In this document: positions 1 through 8,409 of the stretch, in pieces
Numbering within the stretch: the stretch's first letter is position 1
How the letters are laid out: each line of letters starts with the position of its first letter
IMG/VR virus record: IMGVR_UViG_3300046673_000164
Location: 426 to 64,425 of that record
Origin: a virus
Lineage: Duplodnaviria > Caudoviricetes
Length of the DNA: 64,000 nt
Reading direction: 5' to 3' (one strand)
Position numbers and translations under genes: made by a program
The notes under the pieces: generated by a model
Databases searched by the model: none
The model's input: the letters and a program-made list of their open reading frames with translations, nothing else
Told to the model about the DNA's origin: nothing

Positions 1-998
1 GTACCAGGCGTGCTGAGATGCGATCCGCTGTGGTGTGCGCCGACGCTCACCGCGCACCCCGCGTAAGTGGTCAGCGTTCCATCGCAAATCACGGTGCCCA
101 AATCGTCAATGTCTAATTCGCACGCCGTGCCGTTCTGCCAGACGCCCGTGTTGCCGTTGGTTCCGAGCGTGAGGGTGCCCCCCGAAAAGATATGTAGCAG
201 CGCCGTCGCGAGCGGGGCATTGCAGCCGACATAGATTGCCCCGTTGTAGGGTTGTCCGGTGATCGGAGTCACATTGATTGCGCCGCCGCTCCGCACGTTC
301 ACCACCGTGACGCCGGACGAGGCCCCCACGCTATTCATCCCGACACCGATCTGAAACGTAGCAGTGCCGGCAGTGGTGGTATATCCGTATTTCTCGGCAC
401 CCGTCACGTTGATCGCGCCGTAAATGTCCATCGTCGCGCCGCTCGCGCGGCCGGCCCCGATAGCCGGGTTGGCGATGGCGAGGCATGTAAACGTGCTGTT
501 GGCGGCAATCGTTGTGATGGTCGAATTGTAATTTGCGAACGCTAAATCGCCGACCCCGCTCGCCTGTTCGACCGCGACGTTGTTCGTTCCATCGCCAAAC
601 GTCCAGCCCAGCAACGTGGGAGCGTTGCCGCCAGAGGGAAAAAACCGTAAAACCCCCTTGCTTCCGGCCGCCGCCGTGTCGATGACGGTCACACCCCGAC
701 AACTGAGGTTGAGGGACGGAGTTGGGTTGCCGGTGAGGTAGACGTTGTAACCGTTGATGTCGATAACGTCTCCATCGACTGGCACCGATCCCGTACCACT
801 GATCCGCGTCCAATTTGTGGAGGTGACCCACCCCAGATGTGCCGAGCTTGGTGGCGTCGTGTTTGCCCCACTCTCAACATTAGCGGTAGCCTGGGCAACT
901 CCACCGCCCGTAAATTGAATCGTCGCCGTTGCCGCCCATGCCGGCTCGGCGGCAAGCAGGAAGGCGAGGATGATTGCGGTGCTCGAAAGACGTCTCAC
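1..998 (-). CDS. Signal-peptide-bearing Gly/Thr/Ala-rich beta-structured protein (adhesin/head-fibre-like); runs off the left edge
   Basis: Read manually, not in the ORF track: GTG at 998 overlaps the TGA of the upstream gene; MRRLSSTAIILAFLLAAEPAWAA-TATIQFTGGG... stays open to position 1. Confidence 0.75.
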   Translation of the reverse strand, partial: MRRLSSTAIILAFLLAAEPAWAATATIQFTGGGVAQATANVESGANTTPPSSAHLGWVTSTNWTRISGTGSVPVDGDVIDINGYNVYLTGNPTPSLNLSCRGVTVIDTAAAGSKGVLRFFPSGGNAPTLLGWTFGDGTNNVAVEQASGVGDLAFANYNSTITTIAANSTFTCLAIANPAIGAGRASGATMDIYGAINVTGAEKYGYTTTAGTATFQIGVGMNSVGASSGVTVVNVRSGGAINVTPITGQPYNGAIYVGCNAPLATALLHIFSGGTLTLGTNGNTGVWQNGTACELDIDDLGTVICDGTLTTYAGCAVSVGAHHSGSHLSTPG

Positions 999-1195
999 TT
1001 GCTCGGTCCTTTCGTGATTCGCGGCTGCGGCTGAATGTAGCACCGCCAGCCGGATGGCGACTTGGACTTACCCGCCTTCAGGGAAACCTGCTCGGCGACC
1101 GCATTGACCTGCGCGGTATTTACCGCCCGGCCCTGCCACGAGCCCGAGCTAACCAGCATCAGGCAGAGGCAAACGGAACTTGATAGACGTCTCAT
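995..1195 (-). CDS. Small hypothetical protein with hydrophobic N-terminus (MRRLSSSVCLCLMLV)
   Basis: ATG at 1195 forms an ATGA overlap with the upstream stop; start trimmed from the track ORF. Confidence 0.5.
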   Translation of the reverse strand: MRRLSSSVCLCLMLVSSGSWQGRAVNTAQVNAVAEQVSLKAGKSKSPSGWRCYIQPQPRITKGPSK

Positions 1196-1380
1196 CGTTT
1201 TCTCTCCTCTTTGGCCCACTTCGTCATTTTCTCGAATCGCTCCCACGCAATAGCCCCAGGCATAGCCGCCGCTTCCACGAGCAGATAGCAAACAAACGCC
1301 ACGGCAAACGAAACCGTCGCCACTATAAGGCAGAAAAACTCAGGCGGCAAGACGATCAGGTTGCGGGCTGTTCGGGTCAT
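1192..1380 (-). CDS. Small membrane protein
   Basis: 62 aa with one hydrophobic segment; coupled start/stop overlaps. Confidence 0.5.
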   Translation of the reverse strand: MTRTARNLIVLPPEFFCLIVATVSFAVAFVCYLLVEAAAMPGAIAWERFEKMTKWAKEERKR

Positions 1381-1715
1381 GTTCCGTAGCCCTCCGGAAA
1401 CTCAACCATATCGACCGTTTGGCCAGCAAGAGCGTGCTCGCAGTCCCCTTGATACTCGATCTTCCCGTCCCTGATGAACAAATGACACCGCGGCCCACAA
1501 CCCTCATAGTCCTTCAGCGAACGAATCAGAAACAACGACGGGGAAAAGGTCGGCTTTTCCATGTCGCCGTTGAAACTCCACTTGGGATGATCGTTGGGCT
1601 GTTGGGTGCAATACGGAGGAGCTTCCTTGCAGGCCAGGCAGTAAAACATGTAGTGCTCGTAGTTTTCGCTACGGCGGACTGCCAGCTTCGGAGTCAGCCT
1701 AATTACTTCGCTCAT
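1377..1715 (-). CDS. DUF6527-like Cys/His protein
   Basis: FYCxxC...WSFNGDMEKPTFSPS...CHLFIRDGKIEYQGDCEHALAG motif; start MSEVIR at 1715. Confidence 0.65.
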   Translation of the reverse strand: MSEVIRLTPKLAVRRSENYEHYMFYCLACKEAPPYCTQQPNDHPKWSFNGDMEKPTFSPSLFLIRSLKDYEGCGPRCHLFIRDGKIEYQGDCEHALAGQTVDMVEFPEGYGT

Positions 1716-1918
1716 CCCTTGGCCCTCATCAGCGCCTCTAACGCCTCTCCCCATTCTCCCACTGCAACCCTCCCCACGTTCACCCAATGCTCGATTTGCA
1801 AAAACGCAACACTGACCGCCCGCCTTGCCCGCTCTTCCTCTGTCAACTCCGCGTCGGGAATCCGCAACGGGCAAGCTGGCTCTGGGCAGTGCGTATACCG
1901 CTCCTCATCCATCGTCAT
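1712..1918 (-). CDS. Hypothetical protein
   Basis: MTMDEERYTHC...; ATGA overlaps at both ends. Confidence 0.45.
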   Translation of the reverse strand: MTMDEERYTHCPEPACPLRIPDAELTEEERARRAVSVAFLQIEHWVNVGRVAVGEWGEALEALMRAKG

Positions 1919-2157
1919 TTTCCCTGGCACTCCCCATCTTGACGTTTGATCGCCTTCTCCGTCCAAACCGTGTCTTCGATCGCCAAACAAACCCAGTCCG
2001 CCGACGCCCTGGGAGGCGACCGGTGCGACATGGCGTGAAACAGCCCCTTCAGCACTAGGCAATAGGCCCAGCCGTCAGGCGTAACGCCCAGAACATTCAC
2101 GATGCCGCTGCCGCGGCGAGTCATCACCAGGTAAGTTTTGTCGGCGGTCGGTGTCAT
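1915..2157 (-). CDS. Hypothetical protein
   Basis: 80 aa ORF with coupled overlaps. Confidence 0.5.
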   Translation of the reverse strand: MTPTADKTYLVMTRRGSGIVNVLGVTPDGWAYCLVLKGLFHAMSHRSPPRASADWVCLAIEDTVWTEKAIKRQDGECQGK

Positions 2158-2573
2158 TTTGGCAGCCCCGCGGACGGTGTTGGATTATCGTGCGAACGGA
2201 TGATGCGAAACATTTCCTTCTGTGTTTCCTTGATTTCCTTCACGTCTCCCTTGATGTCCCCAAGTTTTTCGTTCGTCGCCTTGCGTTCATCGGCCGTCAA
2301 TTGTTTTTCGACCTCCAGGGCAGTCGAGACCCTGCCGGCCTCAACCTTCGCTGCATCGGCAACCGTGGCCGCGACAGTAGCGACCTTATCGGCCTTCTCT
2401 GTCGATCGATCAACAGCTTTCATCACCTCACTTTGTGCTGAGCACGCTTTATTAAAGCCCACGGCAACGATGGTCAGCGTGATCGCTCCCATCGCCAAAA
2501 TGGCCGTAATCATCGCGTATAGCGGCCGATGCTTTTCCCAACAGAACTCGCGGGACGGAAGGGTCGTCATCAT
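2154..2573 (-). CDS. Single-TM coiled-coil membrane protein (holin/spanin-like)
   Basis: TM segment LYAMITAILAMGAITLTIVAVGF followed by a coiled coil; lysis-cassette position. Confidence 0.55.
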   Translation of the reverse strand: MMTTLPSREFCWEKHRPLYAMITAILAMGAITLTIVAVGFNKACSAQSEVMKAVDRSTEKADKVATVAATVADAAKVEAGRVSTALEVEKQLTADERKATNEKLGDIKGDVKEIKETQKEMFRIIRSHDNPTPSAGLPK

Positions 2574-2574
2574 C

Positions 2575-2880
2575 TTACTTTCGCTTGCTGGGCAACGGCT
2601 GTGCATGGGCCGCAGCCTTTGCCGCTGGTGGTTGATTGGCCGGCACTGGCGCCGGAGGAATGAGGGCGGGCGTAGCCGTGTGACGAAGTTGATAGATCGT
2701 CCAAAGTTTGTAGCACCCTTGTCCAATCATCACGACGGCAGCATAGGTGGCTGTGATCCAAGGATGGCTCGACAGGAATTGCTGAGGGTCCGTTGCAATG
2801 CCGATGACTAACGGCAGCAGCCAGGCCACGAAACTCGCGGTGTTGGAACCAAGCCACTTTACAGCAATCTTGAGCCACAT
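2575..2880 (-). CDS. Putative holin (two TM segments, basic C-terminus)
   Basis: Two hydrophobic helices, Pro-rich tail ending SKRK. Confidence 0.5.
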   Translation of the reverse strand: MWLKIAVKWLGSNTASFVAWLLPLVIGIATDPQQFLSSHPWITATYAAVVMIGQGCYKLWTIYQLRHTATPALIPPAPVPANQPPAAKAAAHAQPLPSKRK

Positions 2881-2889
2881 GGTTTTACC

Positions 2890-3276
2890 TCACTTTTGCA
2901 TGGTGCCTTCGACGCCACGGGACACGCGATCGCGTGTTCGCTTCTGCAACCACATCATCGCCTCTTGAATCTTCGTCAAGGCGATGGCATTCTCGCGGCA
3001 GGCGTACTCGCCGGATTGGAAACAAGCAAGCCGATCTTCGACGATGGCGAGTAGGGCTTCGTTGCTGATGCCGTTGACGCCGGCTTCCTTGATCGGGCCA
3101 TTCTGAAAATCGATCTGACAAAACACGTCGGGAACAATCCCACATTGTTGGGTTTGCCGCAACGACCCTTCGATCTGGTAGCAATGGCTCGCCCCGCCCG
3201 GACCTGGATCATCTATTACAGTGATCGTCAGAGCATCGTTCAAACCGTTGACTTTGTGGCTCGTGATCTCTCGCAT
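2890..3276 (-). CDS. tad1: Tad1-like anti-defence nucleotide-sponge protein (anti-Thoeris)
   Basis: GPGGAxHxY...FQNGP..E...NG...DRLxxFQxG.Y.CRENAIALT.I.EAMMW...R..DR..R.V.GT pattern matches Tad1 as I recall it. Confidence 0.85.
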   Translation of the reverse strand: MREITSHKVNGLNDALTITVIDDPGPGGASHCYQIEGSLRQTQQCGIVPDVFCQIDFQNGPIKEAGVNGISNEALLAIVEDRLACFQSGEYACRENAIALTKIQEAMMWLQKRTRDRVSRGVEGTMQK

Positions 3277-3279
3277 CGG

Positions 3280-3492
3280 CTATCCTCGTTTCACTGAAAC
3301 GTGAATCTTGATTGTCGCCCCCGGCGTGATTTCCAGGTCGAGCCCGTTTGCCAGAATCACCTGGCAAAGCTCGCGTAGTGGGCCGTCGAAAAAGCCGTCG
3401 GTCTTTGGAGCGTTCGGGGTAATATCCGATTCCCAACGATCTGTTTTAGTCCCAGTCGAGCCATCTGGTGCGTACCCACTAGGATTCATCAC
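3280..3492 (-). CDS. Hypothetical protein
   Basis: 70 aa ORF with RBS (GGAGGGG) upstream. Confidence 0.45.
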   Translation of the reverse strand: MMNPSGYAPDGSTGTKTDRWESDITPNAPKTDGFFDGPLRELCQVILANGLDLEITPGATIKIHVSVKRG

Positions 3493-3510
3493 TTCCCCTC
3501 CGCTGTTTTG

Positions 3511-4014
3511 TTATGGTCCCGCAATAGTCGCGTCTCTATTCTCGTTGGCCACGATGACACAACAATACCAAGTCCCATTGTGCCCCCGAGTAATCCCGGC
3601 CCCGTAATGGTCCCACTTCCGCGAGGCGACGAACCAATGACCCTCCGGCCCCTCTTGGTTCCGTACTTGGAACCAGCCATCAAACATCTGTTTTCCAATC
3701 GACAGCGGAGTATCACCCGCGGCGGGCTCCCACGATTGGTCACAGATCTCCCGCGGATCGGCGTCGGGCCAGAGGCCAAAGATTTGCCGGGCTCGGGACT
3801 CAAAGCCCTGGTGCCCTTGCCCGTAGCGAGCCATGTATTCCGCGTGCTCTTGAGCCATTTCCGCCAGCACTGGATGCCATGCCGATTCGCAGACGCGGGC
3901 ACCGTTGAACGCTAGCCCAGCGGCGATCAGTCCTTCCAGAGGTGTTTGGGGCGTGGCGGTCACAGTTTCGAGTATTCCTGTAACAGTCTCACCACCCGCT
4001 GCGTTTCGCACCAT
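3511..4014 (-). CDS. CAP (SCP/PR-1) domain protein
   Basis: W.PVLAEMAQEHAEYMA...GH.GF..R...EI...W...GH...GAGI...WY pattern; start uncertain. Confidence 0.65.
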   Translation of the reverse strand: MVRNAAGGETVTGILETVTATPQTPLEGLIAAGLAFNGARVCESAWHPVLAEMAQEHAEYMARYGQGHQGFESRARQIFGLWPDADPREICDQSWEPAAGDTPLSIGKQMFDGWFQVRNQEGPEGHWFVASRKWDHYGAGITRGHNGTWYCCVIVANENRDATIAGP

Positions 4015-4105
4015 GACCGAAACCAGCCGGTTAAAAACTCGGCTGTCTCCGCCGACAGAGAGCCATCTGCCACCAGACGATTAAGCACGTCAACCGTGTT
4101 GCCAA

Positions 4106-4732
4106 TCATTGGACCCTCGCTTTCGCCAGTTGCTCACACTGGACCGCGTGGAACGCCTCTTGCACGGCCGCGTCGTATCCCGGCGTCGCGGCCAGAGTTG
4201 CGTAATGCTGTTGAATCGTGGCGTGATAGTCGTTGATCGAGGCCATGCTCGTGTAGGTCGTCTTGCGATCCAGCGACCGCAACAACCATTTGCGAAGGAC
4301 GTAAGGGCAGGGCAGCGGGATATTGCCCAATGATCCCATACGGCTACACGCCTGGTTGGCGATGTCCGAGCAAAAGTACATCCCCTCGACGCGGAGGGCA
4401 TGGCCGATGCCGCTGCTGATGGCACCCAGAATGTCGTACTTCGCCCCGGCGATGGAATTGAACCACACAGTCAGCGACGGCAGGATCGGCCATGGCGTGT
4501 CGATCGTTTCCCAGAGCGAGCGGTTGCCAAGGTCCACGTCGTCAGGATTTTTCCAGCGGACGCCCTCTTCCAACTGAGCGCTGAACAACTTTCCGAACGG
4601 CACCAGACACTCGACATGCACAACGGCGTCGGGTCCATTCCATTCATTCCAGGGGACCGTGGCAACTAAAATAAGTTTATCCCACTTAGTTCCCAGACTG
4701 CGTTGAAAGGCGAGGCGGAGATTTTCAGCCAT
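4106..4732 (-). CDS. Permuted papain-like amidase (YiiX/YebB, NlpC/P60 superfamily)
   Basis: HVE ... GAKYD ... YFCSD order, with His before Cys; start MAENLR at 4732. Confidence 0.6.
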   Translation of the reverse strand: MAENLRLAFQRSLGTKWDKLILVATVPWNEWNGPDAVVHVECLVPFGKLFSAQLEEGVRWKNPDDVDLGNRSLWETIDTPWPILPSLTVWFNSIAGAKYDILGAISSGIGHALRVEGMYFCSDIANQACSRMGSLGNIPLPCPYVLRKWLLRSLDRKTTYTSMASINDYHATIQQHYATLAATPGYDAAVQEAFHAVQCEQLAKARVQ

Positions 4733-4931
4733 CAGTTTTCCCCTTCGCCTTCTCCGCATCGATCTCGGCCCGGCGTGCGATGACCAGATGGCGAAATCCA
4801 GCGTCCGCATCAAGGTTTTTCGCAAACACCTCAATCAGCCCCTTAAGGCTTTTTTCTGCGGTCGGAACGTCTTCCGTGTCAAGGTTGAGGTCATCGACAA
4901 TCAGGAGGGTAATTTGGTGTAGGTTCAACAT
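4725..4931 (-). CDS. Hypothetical protein
   Basis: 68 aa ORF with GGAGGTGG RBS. Confidence 0.5.
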   Translation of the reverse strand: MLNLHQITLLIVDDLNLDTEDVPTAEKSLKGLIEVFAKNLDADAGFRHLVIARRAEIDAEKAKGKTDG

Positions 4932-5044
4932 TACGCCACCTCCTCCCCGCTATTCATATGTGGGCACGACACCGGCGGGATAGTGTCGGTTGTACCACGC
5001 CGTTTATGGGCCACGGAGACAGTAAGATTCATTCGTCGCCTCAC

Positions 5045-5083
5045 AAAAGCCCTCCCGGCCGGAGGCAGCCGAACCGGGAGAGC
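5045..5083 (-). terminator. Intrinsic terminator-like hairpin
   Basis: GCTCTCCCGG...CCGGGAGGGC followed by TTTT on the minus strand. Confidence 0.45.
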
Positions 5084-5097
5084 GAACCCAGGGAGGG

Positions 5098-5331
5098 TCA
5101 CGTCGCCAAAGCCTGCACATCGGCAAGCAATGCCTGCTCGGCAGCAGTCACGGCTGGGCCGGTCGTGGTCGTCTGGTTCGTCGTGTCGGCTGTAAGCTGC
5201 GTGTTCGCAGCAGCCACGGCCGCAGTGTCAGTTGCCACAGCCGCTTGGGCTGCGGTGTCGGTGGCGACGGCCGCCTTAAGGGCGTCTACGTCGGCCTGAA
5301 TCTTGGCTAATTGGTCGGGTGAAATGCTCAT
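5098..5331 (-). CDS. Ala/Thr-rich coiled-coil protein
   Basis: AAVATDTAA internal repeats; start MSISPD with GGAG RBS. Confidence 0.55.
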   Translation of the reverse strand: MSISPDQLAKIQADVDALKAAVATDTAAQAAVATDTAAVAAANTQLTADTTNQTTTTGPAVTAAEQALLADVQALAT

Positions 5332-5488
5332 AACGAACTCCACTAAGAGGTTAAAAAGGTCTTCCAGTAATTTTTGGCGCTGTTCGTCACACACGCGTAT
5401 GATTCCAAAACCTCCCGCCGCTCCGGTTGTCCGGTGGCGGCGAGAGCAACGGAGTCCCTACCGTTAGGCAGAGCCTCTCCTTGGTCGA

Positions 5489-5677
5489 TCAGAACGACAC
5501 TACCGCAGCGCGAAGCGTAGCCAGGTCCTCCGTCAACTCATCGATCTTGGCCAGCACGGCGTCTTTTTCCTCGCCGCTACAGCACTTGGCGGCCACCACC
5601 TTCGGAAGAAACTTGCTGATCAAACCGCCGACCAGCATCGCACCAATATCCAGAGTCGAAATCGCAATCGTTCCCAC
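5489..5677 (-). CDS. Small hypothetical protein
   Basis: GTG start 5677 after GGAGGTG; 62 aa. Confidence 0.5.
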   Translation of the reverse strand: MGTIAISTLDIGAMLVGGLISKFLPKVVAAKCCSGEEKDAVLAKIDELTEDLATLRAAVVSF

Positions 5678-5787
5678 AATACACCTCCGTTGAAACAGTG
5701 AAATGAAAAACGTAACTCTCTCGACGCCGCGAGCCGGCAGCACTGATCCTGTCAGGGCTGGCCGGCGATGTGCGGCACAGCGGCGAA

Positions 5788-6648
5788 TCACGCCACAATC
5801 TTCGGCAGCGGTTCGTCGGGGTTGTAGACCGCGGACTGCAAACCCCACCCGCCGAACATATCAAGCCCTTGGGAAATCTTTCGCTCACTGAACACGCCAA
5901 AGCCCATGCCCTTGCGTTTCAGGATCTGACTATTGGCCTGGTCGGGGCAAACCGCCGCGAACGCCTGGAGCATTTCGGTGGTGAAGTTCGTCCAGGAATC
6001 TCCCCACGAATTGGCGGGAATGAAGTACCAGACTCCCTTGTATAGAAACTTCGCACAGAGCGTAATCGCGTGGCCTCCACCGAACGCGCTGGTGCCGAAC
6101 GGAACTGGCCAGCCAAGCTCAAGGCATGTTCCCATGGCATCGAACACGCCACCATGCCCGCAGTCGAACGCTTTCAGGACGCTATGTTTCGCAGCATCAG
6201 GTTTCCATACCGATTCTGCCGGCCAGTCACGGCCGTCGTAGTCGTTGTTGGGAATCAGTGATCGAAGACATTGGCCGCTCTTGATAAGCACGGCCAAAAC
6301 TTCATCAAGCCCGGCGCCCTCGTTCTGGTAGCCCGTGACTTGTCCCATGAGGTTCCCAGTCGATAACTGAATGTCAGACCATCCAGTCAACCGATGGGCC
6401 ATCTCGTTGCCCTGGGTGCCAGCGTTGCTGTGGCACCCGTTTGTTTGTAACTGGTCAAGAATCTCCGTAATGCCGCTGGACAGATCGATGCACGGCCGCC
6501 AGCTACGACGGTCCATAATCTCGGGGGCCCCGGGCGTGCCCATCACTGCGTGGCAACAACGCTTGTCACCTACAACCATTGTCCGGGGATGCAACGAAAG
6601 TTTTCGCGTCACGCCGCCGATTTCGATGGTCGGATAATCTCGGATCAC
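5788..6648 (-). CDS. Papain-like C1 family cysteine peptidase
   Basis: DQxxxxGC (Gln/Cys), GGHAI (His), NSWG (Asn) catalytic motifs; GTGA-coupled start. Confidence 0.8.
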   Translation of the reverse strand: MIRDYPTIEIGGVTRKLSLHPRTMVVGDKRCCHAVMGTPGAPEIMDRRSWRPCIDLSSGITEILDQLQTNGCHSNAGTQGNEMAHRLTGWSDIQLSTGNLMGQVTGYQNEGAGLDEVLAVLIKSGQCLRSLIPNNDYDGRDWPAESVWKPDAAKHSVLKAFDCGHGGVFDAMGTCLELGWPVPFGTSAFGGGHAITLCAKFLYKGVWYFIPANSWGDSWTNFTTEMLQAFAAVCPDQANSQILKRKGMGFGVFSERKISQGLDMFGGWGLQSAVYNPDEPLPKIVA

Positions 6649-7343
6649 TTGGCACCTCCTTGGTATTTGCCCCAAAGGGCTTTGAAGCCCACCACGTCCT
6701 TCGGCTCCGGCCCGACGTAGAGCGTCTGGTCGGCCGCAGCACCCCGACTGCCGATGAGAACGATGCAGGGCAACGGTTTGCCGGCAATGATCTTTTTGTA
6801 CCCGGCCGCCTGGTCAGGAGTCAGGTTGTTCTCTTTGAGCAGCGGACAGTTCGGCCCGCTACAACCGAGCACAGCCACATCGTAGCGGCGATACTGGCTA
6901 GCTCCGTCCGGGCCGCGGAGGGTATTCATCGCCCACAGGTCAACCACCTCCTGCCACGGCTCGCGGGCGTTGGGGTCTTCGAACACCAAGGCCCACTGAG
7001 CTACGCCCGTTTCCTCGGGTGGTTTCGGTGGCGGTTTTGGCTTCGGGTCCGGAGTGGGCTTCAGCCGAAAATCCTCATCGCCGTACAGGTCGGACCATAA
7101 CGCGCGGAACGCTTGCCGATCGGCGGCCATCGCGTCGATAGCGGCTTGGCGGGCCTTCTGGTCACGGGTCAGTGAGTCGTGATCGGCCTTGATAGCCTGG
7201 TCGGCGGCCGTGACCGCGGCCCTATCGACCTCGATCTTGCCCATCAGGTCGAGTAACTTTTTAGGCGGGTCGGCCGCCGGCACGGCCAGGGCAAAGGCCG
7301 AAAGCAGACACATCAGCAGAACGAGAAAGAAACAACGACGCAT
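6645..7343 (-). CDS. Secreted protein: signal peptide, coiled coil, Pro linker, C-terminal globular domain
   Basis: MRRCFFLVLLMCLLSAFALA signal peptide; PTPDPKPKPPPKPP linker. Confidence 0.7.
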   Translation of the reverse strand: MRRCFFLVLLMCLLSAFALAVPAADPPKKLLDLMGKIEVDRAAVTAADQAIKADHDSLTRDQKARQAAIDAMAADRQAFRALWSDLYGDEDFRLKPTPDPKPKPPPKPPEETGVAQWALVFEDPNAREPWQEVVDLWAMNTLRGPDGASQYRRYDVAVLGCSGPNCPLLKENNLTPDQAAGYKKIIAGKPLPCIVLIGSRGAAADQTLYVGPEPKDVVGFKALWGKYQGGAK

Positions 7344-7432
7344 GATTTTACCTCCGTTTTTTCAGACAGCCGCAGTGAAGCATGCGGCCGGTTTTCAGCG
7401 AGGGTGTTTGCTTGATGAGGTATCCACCACAC

Positions 7433-8302
7433 TTACCACAGTTGGGGCACCTTTCCTGTACACCTCTTGGTTGGGTCAACGATGAATCTCCTATCGACGT
7501 CCGAAGATGCGATGGAAAAACGCCGGGCGGGTTTACGCTCGACGGGCGGGGCGGCCACCTCCGCGGAAACGGTCGCAGTGACCACGGATTGAGTGTTTGC
7601 CCAATCGTTCAAGTAGCTGCCCCAATCTGTGTCGCCGACTTTCGGTGTTAAGCTCGATGGATTCGGCCAAGGACTACGATCGGGCATTACCCAAGCGGGC
7701 TTCGGCAGGGCCGGCGTCGGCTGTGGTATGGGTGGATGCGGAGTCAACTTGTGAATCACCGCCTCGCCGCCGTGGATGAGGCCGCCGATCAATCGCCGAA
7801 TGGGTTTTCGCTTCTGAAAGAAGTTCACCACTGGGCCTTGCGTATTGTTCGGATTCGCGGCGGCCGTCTTGCCCGTCAGCGGCCAGATGGCGGTCGAAGT
7901 CCAGATGTACGGCACGGACGAACCGGGGGGCGTTGCCTGCCAGTAGCCGGGCGTCATCACGGCGTATTGTCCGGTCATGGGGTTCAGAATTGACCTGGGG
8001 GCCGTGGCCCAATTCTCGATAACCGGAACCACGTAGGGCAGTGGGTTGATGTAGGGAGGCACGAAGCCACCGCCCCAGCCACCCCAGTGTGGATGATCCC
8101 AGCCGCCGCCGTGAAAAGGCTGCGGGCCGGGTCCGCCGTGAAAGTCGGGATGCGGCGGGCCGCCGTGGAAATCTCCGGGACCGGTCAGCGGGCTAGCCAG
8201 CGGGCATGATTGCCCCCCGCAGCAGCCTTGGCAACATTGGGCCGCGGCCACGCCGCAGCACGTCAGAACGATCAGAAGAGCCAGTAGGATTCGCGGAACC
8301 AT
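7433..8302 (-). CDS. Secreted Gly/Pro/His-rich protein
   Basis: Signal peptide; CCQGCCGG; FHGG repeats; GGAGG RBS. Confidence 0.65.
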   Translation of the reverse strand: MVPRILLALLIVLTCCGVAAAQCCQGCCGGQSCPLASPLTGPGDFHGGPPHPDFHGGPGPQPFHGGGWDHPHWGGWGGGFVPPYINPLPYVVPVIENWATAPRSILNPMTGQYAVMTPGYWQATPPGSSVPYIWTSTAIWPLTGKTAAANPNNTQGPVVNFFQKRKPIRRLIGGLIHGGEAVIHKLTPHPPIPQPTPALPKPAWVMPDRSPWPNPSSLTPKVGDTDWGSYLNDWANTQSVVTATVSAEVAAPPVERKPARRFSIASSDVDRRFIVDPTKRCTGKVPQLW

Positions 8303-8340
8303 GAGAACTTACCTCCATTTGCAATTGCCTGTTTCCCATT

Positions 8341-8384
8341 ACCCTATTATAACCTACGCCAAACCCTATTATAACCTACGCCAA
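8341..8384 (-). promoter_or_regulatory. Tandem 22-bp duplication of a putative late promoter (TAGGTTATAATAGGGT)
   Basis: accctattataacctacgccaa occurs twice in perfect tandem; the same 12-mer lies upstream of the capsid operon. Confidence 0.65.
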
Positions 8385-8409
8385 AGAAAACCCAAAACCA
8401 AACCAAGAA

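Noticed and set aside
331-831. Track ORF of 166 aa on the minus strand
   Set aside because: An alternative frame of the longer signal-peptide ORF starting at 998
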